DNA of 64,000 bases from Octopus sinensis (Eukaryota), in contig NC_043009.1 of the NCBI RefSeq assembly GCF_006345805.1, positions 11,222,001 through 11,286,000 of the forward strand, in the 5' to 3' direction. Shown piece after piece: positions 12,247 through 25,485 of the stretch. Positions within the stretch are counted from its first letter, which is position 1. Every line of letters starts with the position of its first letter. Position numbers and translations under genes: made by a program. Under the pieces are notes generated by a model. It made no database searches. It had not been told where the DNA came from and saw only the letters and a program-made list of their open reading frames with translations.

Positions 12247-12650
12247 ACTCTTTTACTCTTTTACTTGTTTCAATCATTTGACTGCGGCCATGCTGGAGCA
12301 CCGCCTTTAATCGAGCAACTCGATCCCGGGACTTATTCTTTTGTAAGCCCAGTACTTATTCTATCGGTCTCTTTTGCCGAACCGCTAAGTAACGGGGACA
12401 TAAACACACCAGCATCGGTTGTCAAGCAATGCTAGGGGGACAAACACAGACACACAAACACATACACACACATATATATATATACGACAGGCTTCTTTCA
12501 GTTTCCGTCTACCAAATCCACTCACAAGGCTTTGGTCGGCCCGAGGCTATAGTAGAAGACACTTGCCCAAGGTGCCACGCAGTGGGACTGAACCCGGAAC
12601 CCGGAACCATGTGGTCGGTAAACAAGCTACTTACCACACAGCCACTCCTT
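12247..12650 (-). mobile_element. SINE family B, full length, with internal microsatellite
   Basis: Reverse complement of the 44421 and 48773 copies. tRNA-like head (A-box ggctgtgtgg, B-box ggttcagtcc) and (AAAAGAGT)n tail. Confidence 0.9.
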
Positions 12651-12796
12651 CGCTATATATATATAGCTTAATAAAACAGTTTGGTTCAAAGTTATACTGT
12701 AAAGGAGGATTATAGTCGTCAATTATACATGACGATGAGTGTCAAGAATATATGTGCTTTATAACAGCATTGGAATATTTTAGCTCTTATTTCTAG

Positions 12797-13102
12797 TAAT
12801 CTTTTCTACTCCAGGCACAACGCAACTGGTACTCAATTTATCGACTCCGAAAGGGGAATTTGAACTCAGAACTTAAAGACAGACGAAATACCTATTTCTT
12901 TACTACCAAAAAGGTGCTAAACACAGAGGGGAAAAACAAGGACAGACATACGGATTAAGTCGATTACATCGACCCCAGTGCGTAACTGGTACTTATTTAA
13001 TCGACCCCGAAAGGACGAAAGGTAAAGTCAACCTCGGCGGAATTTGAACTCAGAACGTAGCAGCACTTCACCTAGCGTGCTAACCATTCTGCCAGATCGC
13101 CG
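12797..13102 (-). mobile_element. SINE family A, dimeric copy
   Basis: Two tandem bodies joined by gacgaaatacctatttcttta (12882-12902). Confidence 0.85.
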
Positions 13103-13180
13103 TTTTACTCTTATCTTTAGTAATGTAGGTGTCTTGATTCCCTTAGTGATGTTTAGCGTTTAGCTGACGACAATATGTAA

Positions 13181-13302
<122 letters not shown>

Positions 13303-15047
13303 AAATATATATGCGTGTGTGTGTGTTTGCTTTAGAAAAATACCTAATATATGCAATTTGTTGCTATTGCCTATTGTACAAAATATTCCCCGTGATAATT
13401 GTCCCTTTCTCTGTATCAGTTTCATTACACAGAAAGATTTCATTTTGATTAGATCGTTTGAAAGATTTCTGTACAACGAAAATGTTTGGAAATTTACGTT
13501 GATGAAACTCAATACGGCAACAAAGTATACGTGAATAAGTATGCCATCATTATTTTTTTACTAACCGTAACTCTTTTATTGATATTTGTTTTTATTATGA
13601 GATTCTGAGTTGAAGATAGCTAAAATTACGTATATAACCAAACGGGGGAAACCAGCCTGAATACGGGACATAATGCGGAGGAAGAGATATCATTACTTGA
13701 AGTGAAACGACTCCAGATACGACTCACTACTTTTGAGATAGCATGTAAGAATAAACAGAAATAATGTTTGTTTAACCATGTTAATTGCTGATATATCTAT
13801 TGGAGACTGATGGAGACATATACTGCTTGTATCATTTGTAGAAAATGAAAACTGAATTATTCTGGAGACACAAATGAATAAATCTTGCTGCAATAATGCT
13901 TATGAAGAATGTATATTTCCATTTTACAAAGTGTTGTCTCCTAAATATCTGATATTTATTCAGGAAAGTATGAAAGCTGGATCAGCAATAAATTATCAAA
14001 ATATTTTTACTTAGTAGAAACCAGTAATAGACAAAATTGATGATCTGAGCCAGAATCGTCTAGCTCACATATGCGTCATCGCGACATAACGTCGCCTTAG
14101 ACTTTTATACGCCATGTTTGTCGTGTATGTTCCTGTGGTTTACTTTGTCATATCAATGTAAATAAAATCAGAGGAATTCCATCAGCCTGTCGGAGAATTG
14201 ATTTGTGTTTTGGATGGGTGGTTTGTTGCTGGTTACAACGCTCCTTCGTTTATATATATATCTCTCTCTCTCTCTGTCTCTCGCACGCTTTCCCACGCGA
14301 CACACGCTGAGTCTCTCCTGCTCTTTGCTTATTTCTCCGAGATCGATGAAATCAGTGAAAGTCTACATACATTAAAATATCGAAAATAAAAGATACAACA
14401 CAGTAATCTAGGTCTCGAAACAGATTGACGCTGAAAGAGTAATACATAGAATTCATCCCAATACAATTCTCTTCTATTTGCCGTCTGTAGATAAGTTATC
14501 AAAGGCAGCTTCAATTGATTCGAACGACCTTGTAAGTACTTCAATTGATAAAGCATGCCTCTTCACTGCTTCTGTTAATAACATCTGCTGACAGATGCAT
14601 TTTTTGAAGTATTTAATTATTAATACACACATACCAAGAAAATACAAATTGTATGTATATATGTATGTATATATGCAGAGCAGGATTCATAGGGGTGCGA
14701 AGGGGGCAATTGTCCTGGGCATTCGGGAATATTGGGGGGGGAGGCATGCTACGCATGTGTGTGTGTATGTTATGTACGTATGTATGTGTGTATCTGAGTT
14801 TTTGTGTGTATGTATGTGTATGCGCGCGCGCGTGTGTGTGTGAGTGAATGTATATAAAGATAAAAAGAGAGGAAGAAGTTATTGTCTCTGGTTCAGATTC
14901 CTTCTTTCAATGCATCACTGAGCAATGATCTTGGCTTGACCGATCACTGTTAAAGGCACACATACGCACACACACACGCATTTCATGAAAACTGGTTTTA
15001 TTTTATGAAACAATGATATGTTTCGAAATTTAAATTTTTAATTTAGT

Positions 15048-15124
<77 letters not shown>

Positions 15125-15126
15125 AT

Positions 15127-15345
15127 ATGTTTGTCTGTCTGTGTTTGTCCCCCCACCAACATCGCTTGACAACCGATGCTGGTGTGTTTACGTCCCCGTA
15201 ATTTAGCGGTTCGGCAAAAGAGACCGACAGAATAAGTACTAGACTTACAAAGAATAAGTCCTGGGGTCGATTTGCTCGACTAAAGGCGGTGCTCCAGCAT
15301 GGTCACAGTCACGTGACTGAAACAAGTAAAAGAGTAAAAGAGTAA
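15127..15345 (+). mobile_element. SINE family B, 3' half
   Basis: gcttgacaaccgatgctggtgtgtttacgtcccc...ggcggtgctccagcatgg...aaaagagt. Confidence 0.9.
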
Positions 15346-16654
15346 TATGAGTCATTTCACAACTTTTAAAGAACTTGACCAATGCTTATCACCCAAATAC
15401 ATGCAAAAGGCTATATACGTATTGAAAACCTGAAATATTAAAGACAAACTCGAATAAAACAAATACGCTACACCGGACCACTGCAAATATTCTAGGGATA
15501 CGGGATATATAAACTCGTTATTTACATACGATAAGGTAAATGACCACAGTTTAGCAGTGTTATGAACGAAGTCTATAGCTAGAGTAGCAAGACTCACATT
15601 TGTTCTCTGTTTAAAAATCAATATTTTTGGTTTGGGATTCATCTAGCGGGAGAAGAATACATCAAACGTAAACAAAACGGTAATATCAAGAGATTTTATG
15701 ATTGTTACTTGGTATATGTAAGCTAGGGTGTCGGACATTTCCAACCTCTTGTATAGAACACGACAGATGACCAACATATGCGCTACCTTTAGCAAATTCG
15801 ATAGCTAGAATGGCACAAACACGTCAATGACAGTTATGTATTAATAAAGACATTATCGATAAAAACAAGAGGATAATTATCATTATGCGTAATTAAATGC
15901 GTAACCGGAAAACATCACTGAATATTTGCAATTAATTACGTGCGTTTCAAACCACAGGCCAAGATATCTCGTATAGAACATCGTTATACGTGAACTTGAA
16001 CCTCTCCTCTTTCTATCCTCCTTTCTCTGTCTATGCGAGTGTCGGATAAACACACACACACACGCACATGTATCAGTGCAGAGTGTACGTGTTTGTGCAT
16101 GTATGCATAATTGTAGAGCCGAGTATCGTTATAAATATACTGATGGATGTTCGACATTTCTGTAGACAATGTAATTCATTGTATTTGTCACAGTTTGCTT
16201 GTAGTATGCGAAAATATGGATTACTCCATTCCGAAAATTGCCAATAATAGACCAACCAATATATCGATAGACAAATATAAAAGTGTATCTATGTTCAAAA
16301 CTGATGACTCTTTCATCGATTTATTACTGCAATCTCGTGGACTTATGAAAACACACTCGCATACATGTGCACACACACACACATATGTATACGTGTGCAC
16401 TTAAAGGCAATCGTTAAACTCTAAGATATTATTAAAAACCATTACGGTTATGGCTAATTATGCATATGATATTTGCATTTATTAATGGGTCTGTGTTTAT
16501 ATAAATGTGCACGTGTTTGTGTATGAGCAAGCAATAGGTTTTAATTGTTGTGTCCTGCCAAACGCATGAATGCCGTAAGGAAATGCAAAACCGTTTCATC
16601 ATTCGCCATTTTGCTTTATGTTTATCGTCACATGTCATGGTAAATATTCGTCTA

Positions 16655-16878
16655 TCATTCATCTTTTACTTGCGGCCATGCTGGGACCATGCTTGGACCA
16701 TGCTGGGAAACCGCGCTGGCGAATTTAGTCGGACAAATCGACTTTTTAATCTGGTACTTGTTCTATCGTTCTCTTATACCGAACGGCTAAGTACGAGGAC
16801 ATAAACAAACCAACATTAGTTATCAAGCGCTGTGCGGACAACCATAGAAAATTTACACACACGCACGCACACACACAC

Positions 16879-16915
<37 letters not shown>

Positions 16916-17115
16916 CACACACACATACACACACACATTCTCACACATGCACACACAAACATGACAGATTACTACATAGTTTCTATCCAGCAAATTCGTT
17001 CACATGGCATTGGTCGACCCGGGTCTGCATTAAAAGACAATTGCTAAAGGTGCAGTGAAACTGAACCCCAAACCCACATGCTTGCAAAGCATGCTTATTC
17101 ACCTCATAGCCATAC
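16655..17115 (-). mobile_element. SINE family B, degenerate, split by an expanded (CA)n
   Basis: Family B 3' motifs at 16655-16835 and head remnants at 16965-17115. Confidence 0.7.
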
Positions 17116-17180
17116 CTGCACTTCTAAAAATAGAATCCAAATATAAGATCAAATGAATACACCCTAGTACTTTCTTATTA

Positions 17181-17615
17181 GAATCTTTTCGGTTTGAACG
17201 GCAGATTTTGCTAGCGGTGTCATATGAAATTGTCACCCATAATTATGACCCTAGTATCGATCTATTGCATTTCAATCTGTTTTAGGGTTAGGGTTAGTTA
17301 GAGTTAGGGTTAGGGGTGGGAGGAACGGTATCTTTTTTTCTTCACAAATGTAAATAAACCCAATTTGTTTCTTAAACGAGGGACATATTCATACGGCACA
17401 GAATGTTGTTTACCTCAATAGACGTCAGTGATTGGTTGAAATTGCAGAAATTGAAGAAAAAACAACAACAAATATCTTACAAACTATAGAATTTTCTCAA
17501 TAAAAACCAAGAGAAAAAGATGTTTTATAAACACATTCTACCAGTATACGAAGTTTAAAAGTGTTTAGTTACCCAGAAATTATGTTAAAAACTGCCGTTC
17601 AAACCGAAAAGATCC
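17181..17615 (-). mobile_element. MITE with 24 bp TIRs and internal TTAGGG repeats, copy 1
   Basis: TIR G(A/G)ATCTTTTCGGTTTGAACGGCAG ... CTGCCGTTCAAACCGAAAAGATCC. Reverse complement of 19397 and 52067 copies. Confidence 0.92.
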
Positions 17616-17794
17616 TCTTATTATGTATTTTAACAATGCCTGATCGATCTTGGTAATATTCGATGAAGGAATGTGTAAATATCCGCCTATGTACCGGAAG
17701 GCATTTATCTCCATCTTCTAAAATGTATACCACACTGCCATGCTTTCTTTAAAATATAAGTTAAGCTAATATCTATTAAGAGAAAATAGGTCGT

Positions 17795-18005
17795 CGAACT
17801 GGCTGAGCCGTTAGCACGCTGAGAACATGCTTTACAGCATTTCGTCCGTCTTAACGTCTTTGAGTTCAAATTCTACCGAAGTTGATTTTGCCTTTCGTCT
17901 CTTTTGGAAGCGTTGAAATAAGTACCAGTTGAATACTGGGGTCGATGTAGTCGATTTACCCCCTACACCTGAAATTTCTGGCTTTGTACCAAAATTTGAA
18001 GCCAA
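17795..18005 (+). mobile_element. SINE family A, degenerate
   Basis: gagttcaaattct...aagtaccagtt...ggggtcgatgtagtcgat with tail gtaccaaaatttgaa. Confidence 0.8.
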
Positions 18006-19396
18006 TATCTATCTAATTCAAAAGCAATTTTAGTGCTGGAATTCTTTGATATAATATGCAATGCTTCAATGTATGTTCGAAAGGAAAGGTGTAGGCTAGA
18101 AGTCGGCTGGGGAGGAAGCAGCAAATATTTTTATGTGCAAGCAACCAATACATCGGCATAAATATAAAGCAATTAGTGATTTCCTCATATAAATACAATC
18201 TCGCTTTTTGAGAATTATGGTAAGAATTAAAATGCCCATTTATTTATTGGCTGTGCACATATCAATCAATCGATTGGTTGATAGATAAACCAGTTAAATA
18301 TTCAACTCGTGATCTCTGTACGCTCAGCACGTGCAGAGAATTGGAAAAACAAAAAAAGTTTAACTAGCATTTAGGGAAAAGCCTGTGTTTCTATTTATAT
18401 CCCTATTTATATCCCGACATAATGGATTTTCATTCAATGTAACTGTTACTCAAGGCTAACCTATCTGACGGACTTTTAAATGTCGATTAATTACATACCA
18501 AACTAGTATGGTGAGTATTGATCTAAAGTTGTTGTTTTTTTATCAGCTTCATTTAACCGAATACGTCTTTTTGAAAGACTATTAGAAAGATTAAAGGAGG
18601 CAATATTTTATAGCGGAACCTCATATCATTCAGAGTTGTACTTTCTAAAGAAATCTTTGAATATCCTTAGAGCTTAACTCTAACCTCCAAATCCAATAAT
18701 GTAATATCAGCTAATATTTTTCTTTTTGTGTGCTTGTGTGTGATATGAGGTTCGCGTTAAATGTTTTTAAGAGAAGATGAAGGCTGCAATATATTTCTTG
18801 TGCTTGATCACTCGACCGGCTTGAAATGACACCCAAATATTCTTCAAATTACAAGTTGCTATTTTAATAATGAAGAAAACGTTGAATAAAATTGTCCTAT
18901 ATACAGTGTTTCAAGAAGAAAAAAAAGAAAATGCTAGATTACCATCATTGGAATCTTATCTATCATATACCAACTGGATTATGAGCGAGCTGGGACTAAA
19001 CAAAAGCAAAAGATAAACTGATCTAGAAACTGGAGGATGAACAGCGAATTGAACACGGCTCAGCCGATCTTCAGTGCCATAATGGCACACGATTAAGAAT
19101 ATGTCAGAAACCTTGGATGATATCTAATCAACAGACATTTGGAATAACATTTTTGAAAGCGTAGTGTTAGCACTAGGTATTCGAAGATATGGTAAACCAT
19201 AGGAATCCAAGAAAATCAATAAATTAGAAAATTGGTTTTAAAATATTTTCGAAGACAGAGTTATAAATAATAGTAATAAAATCTGTTGGTCCCTGCATTT
19301 TTTGTTCTATATCTATATAAAGTAACAATAATCCTCTCTTGCGAATTTGAAATATTCTATAGCTTATAAGTTCTATTCTCCCTCCCAATAAACATA

Positions 19397-19822
19397 GGAT
19401 CTTTTCGGTTTGAACGGCAGCTTTTAACATAATTTCTAGGTAACTAAAAAATTTTAAACTTCGTATACTGGTAAAATGTGTTTATAAAACATCTTTTTCT
19501 CTTGACTTTTTGGGAAAATTATATAGTTTGTAAGATATTTGTTGTTTTTTTTTTCTTCAATTTCTGCAATTTCAACCAATCACTGACCGTTTATTGAGGT
19601 AAAAAACATTCTGTGCCGTATGAATATGTCCCTCGTTTAAGAAACAGATTGGGTTTATTTACATTTGTGAAGAAAAAAACAGATACCCTTCCACCACCCC
19701 TAACCCTAACCCTAACCCTAAAACAGATTGAAATGCAATAGATCGATACTAGGGTCATAATTATGGGTGACAATTTCATATGACACCGCTAGAAAAAACT
19801 GCCGTTCAAACCGAAAACATCC
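19397..19822 (+). mobile_element. MITE with 24 bp TIRs and internal CCCTAA repeats, copy 2
   Basis: Same TIRs and body. Flanked by TA on both sides. About four CCCTAA units near 19698-19720. Confidence 0.92.
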
Positions 19823-20204
19823 TAAACATATCTAACTGTATTCTACTAAATACTAGGAAATACAGTATATTTATCAATGATTACTAAATAAATGTTTCTG
19901 TGGTTTTTGAGGATTTTACTTTAATCGCAATTTATATACATATGAAGTTTGCAGTAAAAAATAAAAGGCTGAGTTTAATATTCGCTTTAAATAGTTCAAA
20001 CAATAGTATTTAGTGTTATGGTAAACTAAATGAAATTACTTCTACAATAAACGGCGAGCTTTAATTTGATGCACTTTGATTTTCGTACATTCCATGCATC
20101 ACGTGTCAATTAGTTGTAATGTTGTAATTACAACTGTTTGACTTGTGATATATAAATCAGGTATTGATTCAAATTTCACATTACTAATAATTATACAAAA
20201 CATT

Positions 20205-20340
20205 AAGGCGGCGAGCTGGTAGAATCGTTAGCATGCCGGCTAAATGCTTCAGGGCATTTCGTCCGTCTTAATGTTCCGAGTTCAAATTCTGCCACGGTTG
20301 ATTTTGTCATTCGGGGTCGATAAAATAAGTACTAGCTGAA
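20205..20340 (+). mobile_element. SINE family A, 5' part
   Basis: aaggcggcgagctggtagaatcgttagcatgccgg...gagttcaaattctgcc. Confidence 0.85.
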
Positions 20341-20949
20341 AAAACATGATTATTTGAAAATACATGCCGAAAAATAAATAACAAAGTAAAACGATCAAAA
20401 TGTTTTTCCCTTGAAGTCAAGAACTTTTTTTTATTCCTTGGACTAATTCAGTTGAACACTGCAAAATAACAAAACGAGACTCATATAGATATACACATAC
20501 ATGTATGTAAGCATGACTATGTGTTGGTATACATATGCATGTATGTATTCATGATTGTATGTACTTGAGTTCTGTTCTTGAGAATGTTCAAGCCGGTCGC
20601 TAACAAAGCGAGAAAACTTTTTGATTTGATAGAGTTCCTAATGCTTCAGTTGGTGTGTTGTTTGAACTATCGATGCATACTTCCAAGTTTGTACATTTAT
20701 TCACATAAGAATCTCAAATAGAGAACGTTTGGCATGTCTTACAAATCTCCACTATGCCACTAACAGATGATAGTCAGTTTATTTTGCTCTTTCTCAGTGA
20801 AACTGAGTTTTTCTAGATTTTGTGCAAATGTATGTATGTCATTATTCAGTTTTCTTTCAAAATTTCTTCCCAGTAGAGAAAGAGCCGCTTTCTCACCTAG
20901 ATCCAATGTTCCTTCATTGGAATTTCAACGTCAACAACAGAGTATTTTT

Positions 20950-21028
20950 GTATGTATGTAAGTATGTATGTATGTATGTATGTATGTATGTATGTATGTA
21001 TGTATGTATGTATGTATGTATGTATATA

Positions 21029-21114
<86 letters not shown>

Positions 21115-21140
21115 CATGTATGTGTGTATGTGTGTATGCA
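20950..21140. repeat. (TATG)n/(TA)n microsatellite
   Basis: Directly visible. Confidence 0.95.
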
Positions 21141-21497
21141 TATTTGCCTCTGCCGAAGAATTTCGCTCAGTATTTACAGCAACGTGGCTGGAAAAGCTCT
21201 TAACATACAACTACTATAAAGATACTAATCAATGATTAGATTGATTAGAAGAGCGGTTTTCAAATGTGTCTTATTCTTTCTTACATAAAATACCCGAATT
21301 TGAATATATCTCTCGCACTAAATTCATCGACGCAGATAAAACTGGAAAAAGAGAAATATTCAGAAAGAATACATTCAGATAACACAAGAAATCCTCTGGC
21401 ATATTCATACCCAGTTACATTAAAATATCAGTTCCTAACCTCTAGAGTCTGAAATATAAAGTACTATAGCCACAATGGCAATAGAGTCATTCTTAGC

Positions 21498-21504
21498 AAT
21501 AATG

Positions 21505-21580
<76 letters not shown>
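21498..21580. repeat. (AAT)n microsatellite
   Basis: Directly visible. Confidence 0.95.
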
Positions 21581-21582
<2 letters not shown>

Positions 21583-22863
21583 GAGAAATACTAGGAAAAT
21601 TATAATAGTGGAAATACTAGATATAATACTACGATAGCTTCGATGTGATTTTTTCCTTTCTTTGTTATATTTCTTCTTTGTATTTTTAAGTCGTGAGGAA
21701 AGCTTTACAGAAAAATATTGAATGTGCTGAAATGCCAAGCACACTCTGTAAATGAATGCTAAAGAGAGAAGGAAAAGCAACAATACAAATCAGCCTCGAG
21801 TAGCTAAAGCGCTGAATCAATTCCTTTCGAAGCCTCAATGCAAAATAACTGTTGTCTCTCATCGTCACCATTTATGTTTTCCTTAAAACACATATTTTTT
21901 TAGCAAACCTACACATGACCATATTGAATGTAACCATACAGCAAATGTATAAGGTTTTTTTCATTCAATCTCAGTTATTCTAAATCTAAACACTGAGTAC
22001 AGAATACATAAGCGACATTTTTAAATTCATATAATGTCAAGTTACTGTGCACGTATGTTTCGTATGTTCTCAATTGTTTTGAATTCTATCAACATTCACA
22101 CGTCCAAGCAATGCTCTCTATATCTAAATATTATTATTAAGAGAACCATTATATCTGTTATTAGCTCCTATTAGTATCCTCTCAATTACAAAGCATCACT
22201 CCACTCTCATTTCCGCTATCACTCCCGTCTCCATTATCACAGCAATTTTCTTTACCATTAATTTCGTCGTCTGCTCGATCGGCTGCAACGCTATCATTTA
22301 TGTCGTCATTACTATCTCTAGTCTCATCATTACCAAAAAACGCCAGTGTTACCATATTAATTATTGTAGCCAGCAGTATAATCTACTACTGCCATAATTT
22401 CTACCCTTACAACTATTGCTATCATCCATCCTCAAAAACTAACACCGCTGATTTTTATTACACGATATTGGTTTCAACGTCTATTCGATCAATACAAACA
22501 TTTTGAAAAAGAAAAAGAAAAAAAAACGCCGGGCCAAATAAAATTAAAAAGAAGCAGCAACAACTAAGCATAGCAACGGCGCCAACAGCGTTACGATCTC
22601 TTACAACGTCCAATGCACCTTTTGTTTATTACAGGAGTTTACGTTTTGTATCACCGGCATAGAACAGTAATTTTTTTATTACATTTTTTTGCTGTATCAT
22701 AAACTTCATCTATCTCAGGACTTCACAAAAAAATTTCACGTATTTATTCCGAAAGGATGACTAGTGGATGACTAGTATATTCAGATACGGTGAGATTTGA
22801 ACACAGGACGTAAAGAAAAGAAAATATAAACGGCATCAAAATTTAGTTGAAACCCTACGAGTT

Positions 22864-23287
22864 CTTATTTCTTATTTCTTTATTGCCCACAAGGGGCTAA
22901 ACATAGAGAGGCCAAACAAGGACAAAAAAACGATTAAGTCGATTACATCGACCCTAGTACGTAACTGGTACTTAATTTATCGACACCGAAAGGATGAAAG
23001 GCAAAGTCGACCTCGGTGGAATTTGAACTCAGCACGCAGCGGCGGACAAAATACCTATTTCTTTATTACCCACAAGGGGCTAAACATAGAGGGGACAAAC
23101 AAGGATACACAAAGGTATTAAGTCGATTACATCGACCCCAGTGCGCAACTGGTACTTAATTTATCGACCCCGAAAGGATAAAAGGCAAAGTCGACCTCGG
23201 CGGAATTTGAACTCAGCACGCAGCGGCGGACGAAATACGGCTAAGCATTCCACCCGGCATGCTAACGTTTCTGCCAGCTCGCCGCCT
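22864..23287 (-). mobile_element. SINE family A, dimeric copy
   Basis: Two bodies about 190 bp apart, junction ggacaaaatacctatttcttta at 23044-23065, complete head ending gctcgccgcctt. Confidence 0.92.
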
Positions 23288-24787
23288 TAGAAACAATCCA
23301 CTGCTCTTTCATTATAGCATAATTACATTGTTGTCAGAATGTCAGAATTTAACAATACGCCCCTTTATTGGGAATTAGCACCAGTGCTTAGGATTTAGGA
23401 ATCTGAGACGATGACAATATACATTTCTTAGTTGTATAATAGAGTAATAATTTCCGCAGCGACATTAACTCAATCACTACAAACTGTGTGAATGAATTTC
23501 ATGGGAAAGTGTTTAACTTTATTTGATGCAAATCCTTATGTTTGAATGTGATTAGCATCAGATGTAGTGAGACTTATACCATTCAAGAGACCGACAAATA
23601 AGTATGCGTCATAATTTCACTGAATTAACTATTGAGTCAAGGTGCTGAATATTTTACATTCTGTACATTAAAAAACAACCTTATTCTTATGAATATGTAC
23701 AATGCAAAACTTTCTTATATAAGAGGTTATTTAACTTAATCAACCGTAGTATATCAATGATACTAATTTACTCCAAATAAGACTGATCAAACGTAGAGTT
23801 AATTTTGTTGGATTGCTGTATACTTTGTAACTAGGTTCAAAGGCTGCGCATTTTAGGAGAGGATGGTACGGAAAACTTGATGTTCATGACTTCCCGACAG
23901 TATTATGTCCTAATTGAAATAATGGGATTCCGAACAGCAATAGAGAGTATGTATGCCTATGCCTTTTGAACTCACTGAAATTCCATTTGTTGTGCCATAT
24001 CACTTATCGCCTTTCGATGGGAATATGGAATTGTTAATTGGGTGCAAATCAGTAGCCATGTAGGAGAAGATAATACATTTTGCAAAGGGGTAAGTGGCAT
24101 AAGTGATGTGAAATAACTACAGTTATGCATCTAAAGTTCAGTTTCATATGTACGTAAATTACATTAGAGTTAGAACAAATCGGTTATTAAATATTGCATT
24201 GGAATAAGGGGAAATTGAACGCATACAATTTTCGTTAGTTTCGATTTCCTATTGGGGCTAGTTAACTTCAATTATATCACAAATGCCTTTCGCAAAATCA
24301 TCAAAGATCATAACTTCCAATTTTCCCATTTCTCGCAGCCAATAATATTAAGAAGCCATTTGTTAGATATTGCTGATTACATATACTAAAGCAAGCAATC
24401 AAATATCACACCTGAGTGTAATAGAGAAAATAGCATGTTCATTGACAGATATTACATATTCAAACGCTTCCTTGACAACATTAATATTCACAAACGCTTT
24501 TTTATTCTTATAAAAGATACTGCCACAGTTTATAACTAAATTAAGAATCTTCACAATGTATATTTTCACATCGCCATTACTACTTTTAAAACCTACTTCG
24601 TTTTTGTTGTCAATATAATGCCTTCAAAAAGATTTCATTCATAAAGTTGAATGTGTAAAACTTGCCGAGTAGAAGGCTGGTTAAAGGTCTTTTGCTTATA
24701 GAACTACTAGATCAGCCCAAACTGGGGCAGCGGGAACAAGAGTACTTCCAAAACAATTGAAATATGTTGCACCTTTACTTTACTTCT

Positions 24788-25036
24788 GTGGAGGCGCGTG
24801 GCTTAGTGGTTAGGGTGTCAGAATCATGATCGTAAGATTGTGGTTTCGATTCCTGGACCGGGCGATGCGTTGTGTTCTTGAGCAGAACACTTCATTTTCA
24901 CGTTGCTCCAGTTCACTCAGCTGGCAAAAATGAGTAACGCTGCAATGGACTGGCGTCCCATCCAGCCTGGGGACACATACGCCATGGAAACCGGAAACCG
25001 GGCCCATGAGCCTGGCTAGGCTTTAAAAAGGGCGCA
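24788..25036 (+). mobile_element. SINE family C (tRNA head plus CORE-like ttgtgttcttgagcag domain)
   Basis: A-box tggcttagtgg, B-box gtttcgattcc, tail gaaaccggaaaccgggcccatgagcc shared with the 30416 copy. Confidence 0.85.
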
Positions 25037-25344
25037 TTTTTTATTTTTTTATTTACTTTACTACTATGAAAGATCACCATGAGTATCCTATTTTCCTATT
25101 TACGTAATCTTACCTATGCGCTACATGCATATATGTTTGCATGCGTAAGAGGGAATTGTTTTAACCACTATGTGGAAACCCTTATGCTAGAAGAAGATCC
25201 GCTATGGTCTCAACCACTACGAATTGTTCTCCAGAAAATTTAGCACGCTAGAAACGTAAGCGAGCAAGACATGAAAAGTAACAAAAATATAGATTAATCA
25301 CGAACAATTGTTTCAGTATCAATAAATTACGTAATTTTACTTAC

Positions 25345-25437
25345 ACAATTTAACTGTAGATCGTCAGTGGGATCCTCTTTGCAAGATATAATTTGTAGAA
25401 CTTCACGCGAGATATCAACACGAGGTCGAAAATGCAT
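25345..25437 (-). CDS. Candidate first exon or small ORF (MHFRPRVDISREVLQIISCKEDPTDDLQLNC), product unknown
   Basis: Ends exactly at a consensus TGT|GTAAGT donor. 97 nt intron to a strong polypyrimidine acceptor at 25248. Promoter-like motifs lie 50-70 bp upstream. Confidence 0.3.
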
Positions 25438-25485
25438 GTAGTTCCACTTATTATATATGCGGTTATTTTCAAAAGTCTTCGTTTA

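Noticed and set aside
14695-14752. GC-rich snippet resembling a hAT terminal repeat
   Set aside because: No matching second end found, and too short to support an element call.
15352-15642. 96 aa hydrophobic ORF on the minus strand
   Set aside because: No recognisable domain. Hydrophobicity follows from T-rich composition.
17281-17320. TTAGGG repeats as a telomere or chromosome fusion scar
   Set aside because: Only 4-6 units, at the same position inside three copies of one MITE.
13470-21750. Several short + strand exon-like segments (14491-14531 DKLSKAASIDSNDL; about 15647-15718 GEEYIKRKQNGNIKRFYDCYLVY; about 19136-19193; about 21690-21748)
   Set aside because: Plausible AG/GT pairs, but the phases do not chain, no recognisable protein results, and such hits are frequent by chance in AT-rich DNA.
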